64,000 nt of DNA, taken from positions 66,960,001-67,024,000 of the forward strand of contig OX597824.1 of NCBI GenBank assembly GCA_951406725.2, written 5' to 3'. The DNA is from Octopus vulgaris (lineage: Eukaryota). A model generated the notes under the pieces. It had not been told where the DNA came from. It was given only the letters and a program-made list of their open reading frames with translations, and ran no database searches. The translations under genes and the position numbers were made by a program. Below are positions 63,611 to 64,000 of the stretch, in pieces (position 1 is the first letter of the stretch; each line of letters opens with the position of its first letter).

Positions 63611-64000
63611 GACTGAAACAATGCAAATCGAAGGGGCATGCACAAGAAAACTATGTACTACCCAATGTGGGAATTGAAGTTACAACCTTACAATCTTGAG
63701 TCCAATCTTCCTATCACCAGGCCATGCACCATTGTGTAATAGAGTCAACCATTTGCTTTTTAGCTACAGTGCTCAACAGGCTTTTCTACACATTTTCGGC
63801 TTATCTAGTCACACTAAAGAGGTCTGAAATGATCTAAAGCTACAGTAGAAGATGCTTACCAAAGATAAGATTACACCTGCAACTTCAAGGTTCAAAAGCA
63901 AATTTCTTACCTATTTGGCCATGACTTCACTGACTCAACACACATGTTCACAAACAGAATCCAATCCACTTATGACACACACTGTGTGTTAAAATTACCA

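Overview
Eukaryotic, AT-rich, microsatellite- and SINE-dense DNA. The tRNA-derived SINE families and (TA)n/(CA)n/(TACA)n load point to an octopus (coleoid cephalopod) genome; this is inferred from repeat recognition, not from a search. Almost all ORFs in the supplied track are low-complexity artefacts. Reading splice sites by hand gives two real genes. (1) On the + strand, a 7-coding-exon gene (ATG 18885 to TGA 35654, 912 nt, 303 aa, all intron phases consistent) encodes an unnamed type II membrane protein with a Tyr-motif-rich cytoplasmic tail, one TM helix, a coiled coil, a vestigial 3-triplet collagen stub and a 6-Cys C-terminal domain. (2) On the - strand, the last two coding exons (62370-62195, 60704-60498) of a CCSAP homolog. 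The rest is transposon debris: at least four SINE families, CR1, R4/Dong and L2/Jockey-like LINE ends, a full-length decayed Tc1, mariner derivatives, a hAT BED-finger fragment, Helitrons and TTAA MITEs. Most notable non-coding items are a minimal hammerhead ribozyme motif heading a 2 kb ORF-less insertion (30408-30450, -), a 104-bp-arm palindrome (54681-54896), and a unique, hairpin-dense 0.65 kb block (55531-56183) that looks like a structured RNA. Repeat boundaries are approximate unless TSDs or TIRs are cited.
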